64,000 nucleotides of DNA. Source: Utricularia gibba. Lineage: Eukaryota > Plantae > Magnoliophyta. A model generated the notes under the pieces. The model worked only from the letters and a program-made list of their open reading frames with translations, made no database searches and was not told the DNA's origin. Both the position numbers and the translations under genes were made by a program. Positions 25,495 to 38,395 of this stretch are shown here, one piece after another (position 1 is the stretch's first letter; each line of letters starts with the position of its first letter). Location of the stretch: the NCBI GenBank assembly GCA_002189035.1, contig NEEC01000014.1, positions 1,240,001-1,304,000 of the forward strand. Direction: 5' to 3'.

Positions 25495-28400
25495 TCAATC
25501 ATCGGTACCGAAGTATCGATCACCGAATTCTCCCAGCCCAGGGATCACTCGAGATGCTGCATTCAGACCCACGTCGATTTCCGAGGTGACGATTTTGAGT
25601 GATGGGAAGCGCTGACACACACGGTGTATTCCCTCGGGAGCCTGCGCAGAAAGGTGAGAAATAATGAACAAGGAAGCATATGCATTCTTACGGGCTGGCC
25701 TACACTCGCACACGCACCCACATTAAGGTCTAAATGCTGCTTGGACTACTACAATAGGATATGAACAAACGGTCTTGAAAAACTGACTAAATAGAACCGT
25801 GCTTCTACTCATCGAGTTATCTTTCTTGCAAAGACTGGAAATTTTAAGGCGAGGCGGGACTTACAGAAATGAGGTTCAGGAATATGATGTGCTGCTCTGG
25901 TACTCCCTTCTGTACGAGTAGCTCGATTGCTTGGTTAGCAGAGTTACCTGGGAAAACAGTTTCAGGTGATATCTAAGAATTGATGAGATAAAATATCAAC
26001 AAGGAACTCTAGCTTTGCAATCATCTACCAGTAGCAAGAACTGGGTCCAGGAGAAGAACATGGCGCTCGGATATATCCCTAGGAAGTTTCTCATATATAA
26101 GCTGCAAGAACCACATCAACAAATGTCGTTCCACGTGACAGCATTCGAACTCGAAACAAATGCGGTTGTGAAAAATTAGCAGACCTGCTGCCCATTATCA
26201 CCATCACGGTGTATCAAAATTTTGCCTATTTTGATCCCTTTGCAGCAGGCACGAAGTGCATTTTCCATGCTTTCACCACTATAAGAAAAGATAGAATAGG
26301 AATCATCATCACAAAAAATTAAATAGTTTTGAAAGCAATCAAGCTAATGCAATTAGAAAATGCATTTCATAATAGTCAATCAGTAACATCATATGATTAG
26401 TTACCTTCGAACAATCGAAACCCCGCACAATTTCTTGCAAAAATCAACACCACTATAAATACAACCTGTATTTGAAATTCACACAGCGTAAAAGTTGAAA
26501 AAATAATTGCGTATTAAACCAAAACAATTAGGTGAGCAATTATGTATGGTATACCAGTAGGAGTGACAATCCGCTTCTCGCTGAAGGGCAAGTGTCCAAG
26601 ACCATCCTCCACCACCTAGAACAAAATGAGTCTAAATTACAATTTTTTTTTTATGTGCAGTTACAATGATGGAAATTTCAACTTTGAAAGGTTTGATAGC
26701 TCACCAGGCGAATGAGCCTATCTGAATAGAAGACAAAATCATGTTTTGAGATTTCTCTGTCCCGAATAAGGGTGTGCATTCCCCGTATCTGCAATGCCAC
26801 ATTACGCATACAAAAAATGAAGCGCTCATTGAAATCAACTGAACAATCATACAAACATCAGCATTCTAGGTTTTTATCAAGGTACAAGCCAGAACGAGCA
26901 GAAGCTGAAAATATGATATGATAACTTGAAGGGGAACCTGAAAAGTAGACTGAATAACATAGACATTGGAATATATTTTGCACAGGTCATGCTGCCCAAG
27001 CTTCGTGCAGATATGCTGGACAATCAAATCAATTGCAACATGGTTGTCACCCCCCCGAGGTATGATAACATCGGCAAACTTTTTGGAAGGCAGAACAAAG
27101 TCATCAAATGCTGGCTTCACAAACTTTGCATACTGCATGAGAAGATTATATTTACAAAGAAAGTTATTAACAGAAAATCACCACATGTCCTTCTTGGCCG
27201 TCTTAAACAAGTAACTTCCTACAGTCAAGTCAGTAGATGCTTGCCTGCTCTAAGACTGAATTAATGTCCCTACCCCTCTCAACTGTGTCACGCCTTATTC
27301 TACGGGCAAGCCTCACATCAGCATCTAAACAAAGCAATTAGTATGGGCGAAGTGATTTCCACCAGGATATATAGTAGAAGATACAATAAGTGCAGGACCA
27401 CTTTAGTACCTGCATCAACAAAAATCTTCATATTCATTAAGTCACGTACACGCTGATCATGGAACACAAGGATCCCTTCCAATATGATAACATCAGACGG
27501 ATTCACCTAGAAGAATAAGTTATCAGAGGATTGAGAGTCTTTATCCTTTGTTAGATACAAACACAAGAACCTAGGACGTAGCCTACCATCCATAAAATAA
27601 AAACTGGAATGTGGCCTTTAAGATCTAATATTCAACTGCGTACCTGACGGAAGCTATCTGTAGATCTTTGATGCTTCTTAAAGTCATATATTGGAACATG
27701 GACAGATTGACCAGACTTTAGAGTTTCAACACATTCAAGAAGCTGCTCCGTGTCAAATGCATCTGCAATAAATGTATGATTGAGTATAAGCTAAATAATG
27801 GTATTTATAACGTTACCAAATTACCTGGGTGGTCGAAATTGTATTCATGCACCCTCTGCAGTTCCTCCTCTGTCAAACCTCGGTAAAAGGAGTCCTCAGA
27901 AACACAAACAAATAAACAAGAACACCTAAGTACGCAAGTGAGATCACGACTTACTGAAACTTTTTATGTAACAAACCAATTACTCAAGATATTGGAATCA
28001 GGAATGGTTCTTAAGGGTATAATTCGACAATAGAATTCACGATGTGTACTAGTGTGAACTACCAATGGCATTACAAGAAACATGTACTCTTGTCATCTTG
28101 GCGAAATGCAGGGCATAAGAACTTCACGAGGATGATTAACAGAATCAAACACTAGGCTGCTGCTTGATTCTTTAATTTTGTTTCAATACGAGGGGCACAT
28201 TTAGTAGAAACGAAAACCTGATTAACCAGCACAACACGATGATCATGAAGCTGCTGAATGATCATGTCGCACACTGTCGTCTTTCCGGAAGCGGTTCCCC
28301 CAGAAACCCCTACTCCAGATTAAATAAAAGGTAAGAACAAGCAAAAGCAATCACGAAATCCATAAATTTCATTAATCCCGAAGCAGAATAGCACATCTGT

Positions 28401-28616
28401 ATCACCAATTACAAACGGCTGCTTCGGCGCTGATGCGGTGGCTGTCGCGGAGTCCTGCACGACAGAAAAAGAGCGAGTCGGAGTGACGGCGGGAGAGGCC
28501 CGCGGAGATGGCGTAGGAGCAAGCACATCACGAAGGCCGTCGAGGCGGAGACCGGAGAAGTGTGGGCCGGACGCCGCTTCCATGACGTAGTCTATCGCGG
28601 TCGTTTCGTCCGGCAT
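25495..28616 (-). CDS. UKL1: Uridine kinase-like protein (uridine kinase + UPRT-like domains), UKL1/UKL2 type
   Basis: [39 protein letters not shown] (P-loop), [60 protein letters not shown]. One GC-AG intron. Confidence 0.95.
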
Positions 28617-28836
28617 AATCGCCTCTTGTGCCGGAGTTCAATCTGCGGAGAATCTGTTGGGAAACTGCTTTCGCTTTCCGGCGAGTGTCGTAAAGCTTCT
28701 TTCCTGTGGGTGCGGAATTTTTTCTTTTGGCTCTTTCCATATTTCCTCTTTTTATATAAAAGGCATCGTATCTCATCTCATCCCAGATTCAAATATTCTC
28801 AATAAAAAAAAAAAAAAACTATATGCATTTCTTCAG

Positions 28837-30326
28837 TTAAACCACCAACCGAGCAGGGCTCATCTTCTTCCTCCTCCCGTTCATGCTCCGGCTCGGAATC
28901 AGCATCGGAATACAGCATTGTGCGGTCTTGGGTTCCTTCTCCTCGCCATTCATCTCTTTGATGGGAGTTCTTCCATCACTGCTCCTGGAATCGTCGTCAC
29001 GAAGATCAGGAGCTCCTCCGCCCTCCCCATTTGCAGCCTTTTGAGGTTCAGAGGAAGGTAACTCCATGTAGGACTCATCACCACCTAAGCTTTCCCTGAA
29101 CAACTCAGAGAGTCTCTTCTTTCTGCTCTCTGATGGAGAGGGTTCAGGTGTGTTCTCATCATTTGGTGGCAGCAGGATTGAGGGCCTGATCGCAGTTGGC
29201 TGTGATGGATGGAAGCTGTGGTGCACCGGGGTACTGCCGCAAGATGGAGTAAGATCTGCAATCCAATAGAAATTTGTATCTTCTTCATCGGTGAAAGGGA
29301 GTAGTTTACACCAAGTCTAGGAAGTGTTTCTTACCACCATTGACGCTATAGAAATCATTTTCACAATCGGAGTCCAGCCATGGCTGTGAATCAAAGAAAG
29401 CTTCATCTTTACTACCTGCAGACAAGCAGAAAACAAATCAGAACAGCTCGCTCTTTTTGATGCAAAATCAAAGCTCCCCCATCTCCATTTCTGATAGAAG
29501 CAACGCATACAAATGAGCAGGTAGCATTGAATACGAGTAGATCATAATCATTGAACTTTTATCCAACAGTCAAACGCAGGAATTAAAGCCACAGCAGCGT
29601 TGGCCATAAACACAGCATTTGATAAAAGAAGAGGAATCTTCATACTAAAAACTCAATGAGATGATTAATACGGCAACAACGATGTGGGTGGTGTCTACAC
29701 AGAGCTATGGTCACCTAGGACCTACATAAACAGAGAAGGATAGGATTTCAGAACCATTCCCCTTGGCAGTATCGATAATTATTTGAGATCAAACGATGAA
29801 CATACACAGAACTCCACCGTTAACAAATGGAAAAGGTACTTGTATCATACAAAATGTGATGAGCTCTGGTGTCTGCGGAAGAACAGGGGATAAAGAAAGG
29901 AAAGGGAAATATGAGATGGGCTGAAAGGATTTTTTTTTTCTGCGTCAGTTGAAAAGGACAAGTCACAAGGCCAGTCATTTGAATTGGTTACAGTTGACAG
30001 AACTCCACAACAAAGAAACTTCATCACAGTACAACGGGGCGAAACAGTTTCAGGATATCCAGATCCCCAGAAGAACGAAGTTCCAAAAAGACGAAAATCA
30101 CATCAACCCTTTTTCCCAACAGAAACCAAGCAATCACAAACCAAATACAAAACAAAAACGACGCACCTCCACCGTGAAACCCAGAATAACTTAAAGGCAC
30201 GCCAGTATCCACAGTGTCCACACCGTTAACAGCATCGGGTTCTTCTTTCACCAATAGCTCGTCCTCCTTTCCCCCGATCTTCACTGATGGTTCCATGGCC
30301 TTATGAAAAGAGACACATGAACCCAT
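28837..30326 (-). CDS. Uncharacterised protein, At3g27210/At5g40860-like, 3 exons
   Basis: MGSCVS (possible N-myristoylation); exon 29415-29335 GSKDEAFFDSQPWLDSDCENDFYSVNG; exon 29255-28837 DLTPSCGSTPVH...KKRLSELF...CCIP. Lies next to UKL, as recalled for Arabidopsis. Confidence 0.82.
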
Positions 30327-31559
30327 CTTCTCCAAAAAAAAACACCTTTTTTTCAAATCCTAATCATCACATACTATCCAAAATTCCCTCAAAAATCCAC
30401 TTCAAAACTCAGACCCTTTCAAGAACAAGGAAAGGAGAGGAATCCGGAGAGAAAACGGAAGACTACAGTGGCAGCGAGAAACCGGAGAGGCGAGCAGGCG
30501 TAGGGGCCCCTGCATATGCGTTACGCTTCTCGTGTGGATTTAAATGAAGAATGCGTTCCGAGGAGTTCCGTTAACAACGTCATTCATAGACATTTATTAC
30601 TCCTTTTATTTCATTAATGATACTTAAAATTATATTATATAATAAATATCTTATCTTGCAACCAATCATCCCTCGTCGCTGTCACGATATTCTATTTAAT
30701 TTGGACTTATCATATATTTTTGTTTTTTTCTAGATTTTTTTCTTGGTGTCGGCAAAATTTTTATTAAAATAATATTATCATAATAAATTTAAAAAATAAT
30801 AATTGACTCTAATTACGCATGAGAAAGAACAGCAGCCCTAATTGACTCCATTCTAATGCCGCGCTGGACCACCGTCGGAACCTCAATTTTCGTAACTGTA
30901 ATAATATTTTTAAAAAATATATCTAAATATAAATTTTAATTAATAATTATTTTGAAATATTAAATGAATAAACAATCTATTATTACGAATTTAAACCATG
31001 AATTTATATTGATTATTCTAAATTAAATTCTTAAAATAAACATTAATAGGGATATATTGAGTAACATTTATTAATCATGGAGTCAGTAAAAATTAATATC
31101 TAAAGATATTAGCATAAGTACATCTTTCAAGTTCCAAGTGTTCATCCCAAGACTGGCTTTCATGGCTCAATGAGATCAACTTGAAACTAAATTTGAATCA
31201 ATATATTATGTGAAATGAGATATTGTAATATTTTTATCATACTCAAGAGAATAGTATATCCTTAAGATCATAAGACCATCATTCAAGTTTCCAAGTATTA
31301 TTAGACGTCCGACTTTTTATGTTTCATCATGATCAGTTCATAACGAGCTACGAAACGATATAATATGTAATGTGATAATGATACTATAATGCAATTATGC
31401 TTCATCATTTTTATTTTGATACTTTTTATGTTTGAAGTAATTTCATTCATATTTAAAATATTTTATTAAAACTTCACTGATAATGATGATATCCGTGATA
31501 TTAATTTAATGTTTTCGGATAATATTTTGGATTTTCGTGGGGCACTTGATGGGGATTGT

Positions 31560-32023
31560 TGGGCCGGGTTGGTTCTATGCCCTATCCATTTTAAGGGCTT
31601 ATGACCCGATTAGGCCCCTCATTTACCCGATAATTGTGCATTAATTCCACAATTTCTATAAAAAGAAATATTTTATTTTGGTTTTAAATGAAAAATAATA
31701 TTTTTTAAATGATTACAGGGCATTTATTTAGTTTCCTATCGAATTTAAAAGTAATTTTAATCTAGAAAAAGTAAGGAATTCATGACTCTAATTTTTTTAT
31801 TCCGATTATTAGGGTTTTAGACTGATTAATTTAAAACCAATTTAATTACCATAATTTCATGATCAGTGGTGGATTAGCAGCTCTTACCTTCTTTTAAATT
31901 CGACCCATTTATGGCAAAATGTCGGCCCACTTAAAGTTTACTACTCTGAACTGGGCTTATTCGTTCTACGGCGACGAACTGGATCTTCTTATTTTGGGCA
32001 TTGGTTTAAAATACAGTTGGGCC
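31560..32023. promoter_or_regulatory. Cluster of site II (TGGGCY, TCP-binding) motifs upstream of TPLATE
   Basis: TGGGCC at 31560, GGCCCA at 31924, TGGGCT at 31952, TGGGCC at 32018. Such clusters are common in promoters of proliferation genes. Function is inferred only. Confidence 0.45.
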
Positions 32024-32172
32024 TTTAGAAAATGAACGTGGCGTACATTTGGCGGATCTGACAACGGCGGCCGGTTTGATCTGGAGGATTCGTTGATTCG
32101 ATGCCGGAGATGGCTCTTCTTTGAGCTCCGGAAGTTGAATCAGAAGTTTCGAAGTTGGGTGTTGGTGCGGAA

Positions 32173-35100
32173 ATGGATATACTATTTGCTCAGATCCAAG
32201 CTGACTTGCGCTCCAATGACGCGCTCCGGCAATCTAGCGCGTTGCTTCTGGGGTTGCAACAATCCGCCGCAGGTCATGATATCTCAAGTATCGTAAAATC
32301 AGCTGTGGAAGAGATTGTTGCCTCCCCTGCGTCGGCCGTTTCCAAGAAACTTGCATTCGATCTGATCCGCTCCACACGCCTGACGCCTGATCTATGGGAG
32401 AAGGTGTGTGTTGGCATTCGTAATGATCTCGATTTCCCCGATCCTGAAGTGACTGCCGCCGCGATCTCAATCCTAGCCGCTATTCCGTCGCACCGTCTCG
32501 GGAAGCTTATCAGTGAGTGCAATAAGGAGATCACAGCTTGTTTCGATTCTGCAAGTGATAAACTTCGTTACTCGATAACGGAGACACTTGGTTGCATACT
32601 TGCACGAGATGATCTCGTGACGCTGTGCGAGAACAATATCAACTTGGTTGATCGAGTCTCCAATTGGTGGAATCGGATTGCTAGGAATATGCTTGACAAA
32701 TCGGATGCTGTGTCGACGGTGGCGTTTGAATCTGTCGGGAGACTTTTCCAGGAATTTGAATCCAAGAAAATGAGCCGTCTTGCTGGGGATAAATTAGTTG
32801 GCACAGAGAATTCTGTAGCGATTCGTTCAAAATGGATATCGTTGATGATTGATTTTGTATGGAAGAATCGAAATCAGCTGATGGATCGATCACTGATACT
32901 GTCATTGGAGGAATTGAGAGCAACTGTGTACCCTTTGGTGTATGCAGCTAAGGCTGTTGCTTCAGGTACTATTGATGTGATTAGGAAGCTATCATTATCA
33001 TCAAACAGTAGGAGTAGTAGCGCATCATCAGATGCGGGAAATGCAGAGAGTTTTGCTGGAGTATCGGATGTGGTTTCACATTTTGCACAATTTTTAGTCT
33101 CTTCGTTAAATCCTTCGCTGACATTTGAAGTCGGTATAAATTTGCTTTATTTGGCTGACGTTCCCGGTGGGAAGCCTGAGTGGGCTTCCACTTCCATCAT
33201 TGCAATCCTCACTCTTTGGGACAGACAGGAGTATTCTTCTGCCAGAGAGAGCATTGTTAGAGCCGTGGTGAATAATTTGCATCTCGTTGACTTAAGTATG
33301 CAGGTATCTACGTCTTGCTTGTTCTGCAGTTTTGAATTTCATGATAATATCAGATAGTGTATTCACGCATGCACACAAGTACTTATGTCAGTTAATATTT
33401 TGAGGGTTATTCATTGTCTGAAATATTCAACAAGTTCCAACCTGTTTCTACGATGTCACGTGTAAGATGGTTTCTGCAGGCGTCACTTTTCAAAAGGCTT
33501 CTAATCATGGTCAGAAACTTGAGAGCTGAATCCGACCGGATGCATGCTTTGGCTTGCATCTGCCGCACTGCACTTTGTGTTGATCTTTTTGCAAAGGAAA
33601 GTGTACGTCGAGGTCAAAAACCTCTCCTAGGGACCAACATTGCTTCGCTCTTTGAAGATGTTTTAATAAAGGATGACCTTAACAGTGTTGTTAGTAAGAG
33701 TTTGTTTAGAGAAGAACTGGTTGCCATGCTTGTAGAAAGCTGCTTTCAATTGTCTTTGCCTTTGCCTGAACAAAAGAGATCAGGCATGGAGAGTAGGGTG
33801 ATTGGAGCCTTAACTTATGGAGCTGGTTATGGTGCACTGAATTGGACAGAACCAGCTCTGGAAGTCGTTGAAGTGTGTAGGCCCTGCGTTAAGTGGGATT
33901 GTGATGGCCGAACATATGCTATTGATTGCTATCTGAAGTTGCTTGTCAGACTTTGCCATATATACGATACCAGAGGTGGTGTCAAAAGTGTTAAGGATGG
34001 TGCTTCTCAGGATCAGATATTGAATGAAACTAGATTGCGGAATTTGCAGCTTGAGCTTGTCAAAAATCTTCGAGAGGTTAGTGATGACCTCCCTTTCTAT
34101 TTTCTTTTGCTTCTTTTTTTTTTCTTCTTTTGTTAATCACCACTCATACTTTTTTGCACTCACCGTTGTGAAGAGGCTGATGTGTTGAGATATTTTATTT
34201 TGTCCATCTGACCCGAGGCTGTTATAATTCATTGGCGTTGCATAATATTCATATTTGACAGGTGAGCACTCCCAGAATCGTAAGTCGTTTGCTCTGGGCT
34301 ATATCAGAGCATATTGATCTGGAAGGACTCGATCCCCTTCTTCAAGATGACCCAGAGGATCCATTAAACATTATTATTTCAAATATTCATAAGATTCTCT
34401 TCAACATAGACACATCACCAAATTCTACAAATCGGCTTCAAGATGTTCAAACAGCTCTTCTTTGTGCACAACGCGTGGGATCCCGTAATGCCAGGGCTGG
34501 GTTGTTGCTGATTAGTGAACTTGAGGACTTGAGGAGCAATTCTTCTGCTGATTCAGTCCATAAGCACCAATGCCGTTACATAATTCAGAGAATTAAGTAC
34601 GTCTCTGCTCATCCTCATGACAGGTAAAGATTTCTCCTCTAACTTTTTAATGAGATGATATGAAAAAGAAGTGTCCAAATGACTATGTTTGAAATCGAGT
34701 CGCCTACCTGGAAAGGTGGCCACCAGTTTAATTAATTTAGTTTATATGGTCTCTTAGGCCATTAAACATAGGACTTTCACTGACATTGTTCTTCACTGAG
34801 CCTTTTCTAGATGGGCTGGAGTAAGCGAAGCCAGTGGAGACTACCCTTTTAGCCACCACAAATTAACAGTTCAGTTCTATGATGCGTCTGCTGCTCAGGA
34901 CCGAAAACTAGAGGGGCTGGTGCATAAGGCTGTTCTAGAACTCTGGAGACCGGACCCCAATGAACTAACTCAGTTGTTGATTAAAGGTGCGGATTCAAGT
35001 ATTGTCAAGGTTCCACCCTCAGCAATCACCATGTCAGGTAGCAGTGATCCGTGCTATGTGGAAGCTTACCATTTAGCCGATCCAAGTGATGGAAAAATTA

Positions 35101-36650
35101 CTCTGCATCTGAAGGTGAAACACTCTGTCGTTAATACAGATGAATATTATGTTCTACTGTTTCTCTTCTTCAATGGCTTTATGCTGCTTCAAGTTTTAAT
35201 CTACTCTTCTTCTGTGCACATGGACTTGCTTTAACTGATTTTCGACAAATTAACAATAGCTTACATGTTTTCAGGTACTGAATCTTACTGAAATTGAGCT
35301 TAACCGTGTGGATATTCGAGTGGGAATTTCTGGAGGCTTGTACTTTATGAATGGGTCTTCTCAAGCTGTAAGGCAGCTGAATGATCTCAATTCACAGGTC
35401 GGGTTGTAAATTGGAATTCTTGTTATATGCCCTGCTTCGTGATTCATTTATCTCGTCTAAAAAATATAACTGCGATGATGCTGTATTCTTCAGGAACCAG
35501 TCATGTGCAGTGTTACAGTTGGCGTGTCTCATTTTGAGAGATGCAAATTATGGATCCAGGTTCTCTACTATCCATTTTATGGCAGTGGTGCACCTGCGCG
35601 TTATGAAGTAGAGTATTCTGGAGATGATACTGTTGCTATAGGTCAAAAGAAAGGTTTGAGACCTGAAACTGGAGAGCCAGTCATCCTTAGATGTCAGCCA
35701 TACATAATTCCCCTTACTGCACTTCTTTTGCCTCATAAGATCTCCCCAGTCGAATACTTCCGTTTGTGGCCTAGTTTTCCCGCTATAGTCGAATGCACGG
35801 GTACATATACATATCAAGGGAGTGGCTTTAAGGCTACTGCCGCACAGCAGTATGGGGAATCTCCTTTCCTGAGTGGATTGAAATCCCTCTCTTCCAAACC
35901 TTTCCACAAAGTCTGCTCTCACATTATCAGGACCGTTGCTGGCTTTCAGGTTCGTCCTGAATTTTGCATCTAGCGGACCATATCTCGTGCTAATAGCTTA
36001 GGCTGTGCACCTATTCTGCCTTTGGCTCGTTAGTACTAGTGATCTTATTCTTGATATTCATTCCTTTTAATGATGCTGAATGTAGATATTATTTCACCCC
36101 GTCTTTATCTGAACCGTCTGCCTAATTCAAGAGACCTCTATGACAGATTTGCTATGTTGCAAAAACATGGTACGGAGGTTTCGTCGGCATGATGATTTTT
36201 GGTGCAAGTGAAGTGAGCAGAAATGTTGACCTCGGAGATGAGACGACAACCATGATTTGCAAGTTCGTCGTTCGAGCCTCGGACGAGTCCATCACCAAGG
36301 AAATTGGCTCAGATCTACAGGGCTGGATGGATGACCTTACTGATGGCACCATACAGTACATGCCCGAAGATGAAGTCAAATCTTCTGCTGCAGAACGCCT
36401 GAGAATCTCAATGGAACAAATCGCTCTGCTAAAGGCAGCCAGACCTCCTCCAAAATCCTCTAAAGACGAGAGTGAAGATGAGAACGAGAAAAACAGCACA
36501 GAGGTCAGTGTCGAAAATGGGGAGCACGAGAAGGGACCTTCAACATTGTTCGATTTGTCGCCGGAGGAAGTAGAACACCGTGCTCTTCAAGTTGCTGTCC
36601 TTCAGGAGTGGCATATGCTATACAAAGACAGGGCCACCAAGGTGAACTAA
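32173..36650 (+). CDS. TPLATE: TPLATE adaptor-complex subunit, 7 exons
   Basis: MDILFAQIQADLRSNDALRQS, KLAFDLIRSTRLT, FKRLLIMVRNLRAESDRMHALACI, GDYPFSHHKL, ICYVAKTWYGGFVGMMIFGASEVSRN, LQEWHMLYKDR. All introns are GT-AG. Confidence 0.97.
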
Positions 36651-36951
36651 CCTTCCCTCTTTTCAGTATTCAACTTTCCTGTAACACACACACTGATGCA
36701 TGATGCTGTAAAAATTTGTAGTTCTAGTTTGTCTTTAGTTTTGCATCCTTGTGGTTTCATGCCATGAAAATACTACGAATCCGAGTTTCGAGCTTTTTTG
36801 CATCCATTTTAAACTTGAACATTCACATGTTTATGTTGGTATAGGGAAATCCCTCCAAAGAGAGGTAAAAAGGCAATGCTATGGTTGTTATAAGGCACAG
36901 AACACTTATTGACATCCATCCATCACTGTACAGCAGAAGAAATGCCAGGTC

Positions 36952-37503
36952 TTAGTTCAACCAACTGGACACATCGTAGTATGATGAAGAGGAAAATGAT
37001 CCTCCATTCTGTTCCGGGAAGTGCATTGCCGGAGTCACCGCCGGCGTCATGCTCATCGCAGGGTCGCTCCCAGCGGCCACAGCCGCGAAGGTGATGTCCG
37101 CGTGAACTCTGGCGAGTTGGCACTGAGCTGTGTATATCTGTTGCCGAAGAGAAGCCACCATCCCCACCACGCCGTACACCGGATCCATCACTCTATAGTA
37201 CGCCTCCTTGTACAAGGAGTCCGCTGCTTCACCACGAACACTCACCGGTAAGCCCTGTTTTAGCATCAACCAAAACTCGAATCCGGAATCGAAGATACGT
37301 CGGAAAAAATAGGTGGCTGATGGATCGATCACCTGGAGTATCTTGGCGACGTTGCTAGCGCCGTATATGCGGTGGACGTAGGCGAAACGGCGGGGGTCGT
37401 TGGCCGGAAAGTAGGGAGCGAATACACAATCGGAGGGGCATCGCCTCCTCAAATGCTTGCAAGCAGCACACCGACTGGAAGACGAAGAAGAAGAGGAATT
37501 CAT
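36952..37503 (-). CDS. LOB-domain transcription factor (class I LBD), 2 exons
   Basis: CAACKHLRRRCPSDC (C block), FAPYFP, VHRIYGASNV (GAS block), EAYYRVMDPVYG, leucine zipper. In-frame 78-nt intron at 37332-37255. Confidence 0.93.
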   Translation of the reverse strand: MNSSSSSSSSRCAACKHLRRRCPSDCVFAPYFPANDPRRFAYVHRIYGASNVAKILQVIDPSATYFFRRIFDSGFEFWLMLKQGLPVSVRGEAADSLYKEAYYRVMDPVYGVVGMVASLRQQIYTAQCQLARVHADITFAAVAAGSDPAMSMTPAVTPAMHFPEQNGGSFSSSSYYDVSSWLN

Positions 37504-38395
37504 TTACGGTGATCATATGGCACAAAGGAGATGAAGAATCTAGTTGCTGGATCTCAAGGCGGGAGGAATGGAATAAGAAGCGAGATTCATAACGGCTACT
37601 GATGCTCGAAATCCAGGCAATGCATTTGGAAAGTAGCCAAGATTTTGGTACTTGCGTTCCATCCTCACTAATCATTCCACTGATTTGTGTATGGTAATGG
37701 AATCTTTCACTTGCTGGTTATCAGATCTTTGCAACGGACTTACGCTGATTGGTTCTTCCTTGAAGGAGAAGGCGTGATATGATCCCATTTCCGGCCGTGT
37801 CTGGCTCCTCTGCTTTCCCCCCTGCCGCATCCCTCGCCGCCGGCCGGGAATCTTCGCGCAGAAGCTTCAAGCTGCTTGACTCACTTCCTCACGGTACGCC
37901 AGCGGCGAGTCTTCCCTTGATCCCAAATCACACACTTAATTTTTGGAATCACAACACCGTGCTCGCCCCCGCCACCTCGCAATGCGTCTTGTCATTATGG
38001 CTTGTCTGTTCTCGGTTCATCACGCCGCGTTTGCCTATCTGGTGCTATATTTGTACCTATTTCGCAACCCAATTCTTTGGAATTGTGATATATCCTTAGT
38101 TTCATCTGATGTTTTTCTCAAATGGGTTTTGGCTTCATCTGATGTTCTCGTTAGCAATTCCCTGGTGTACGTGCTTTTCTGTTCGTAGTTATGCTAATTG
38201 TTCCTCGTGTGTTTGGTAGTTTTGTTTCATTGCTTTTGCAGGGGGAAGGGTTGAAGTATTATAATTCATGGTAACTCACTCGCATTCAAGCAACTGTACG
38301 ATTGATAGATAAATCAACACTACATTGAAGGTGTGTGTACATATTTTTGCTTCATCTTCTTTCATCTCCGAAAAAATCATGAGCTTCTGGTTCGT

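Noticed and set aside
26581-26615. VVEDG instead of the usual VVEHG in the UKL UPRT-like domain
   Set aside because: A single substitution in a domain reported to lack UPRT activity in Arabidopsis UKLs; too weak to interpret.
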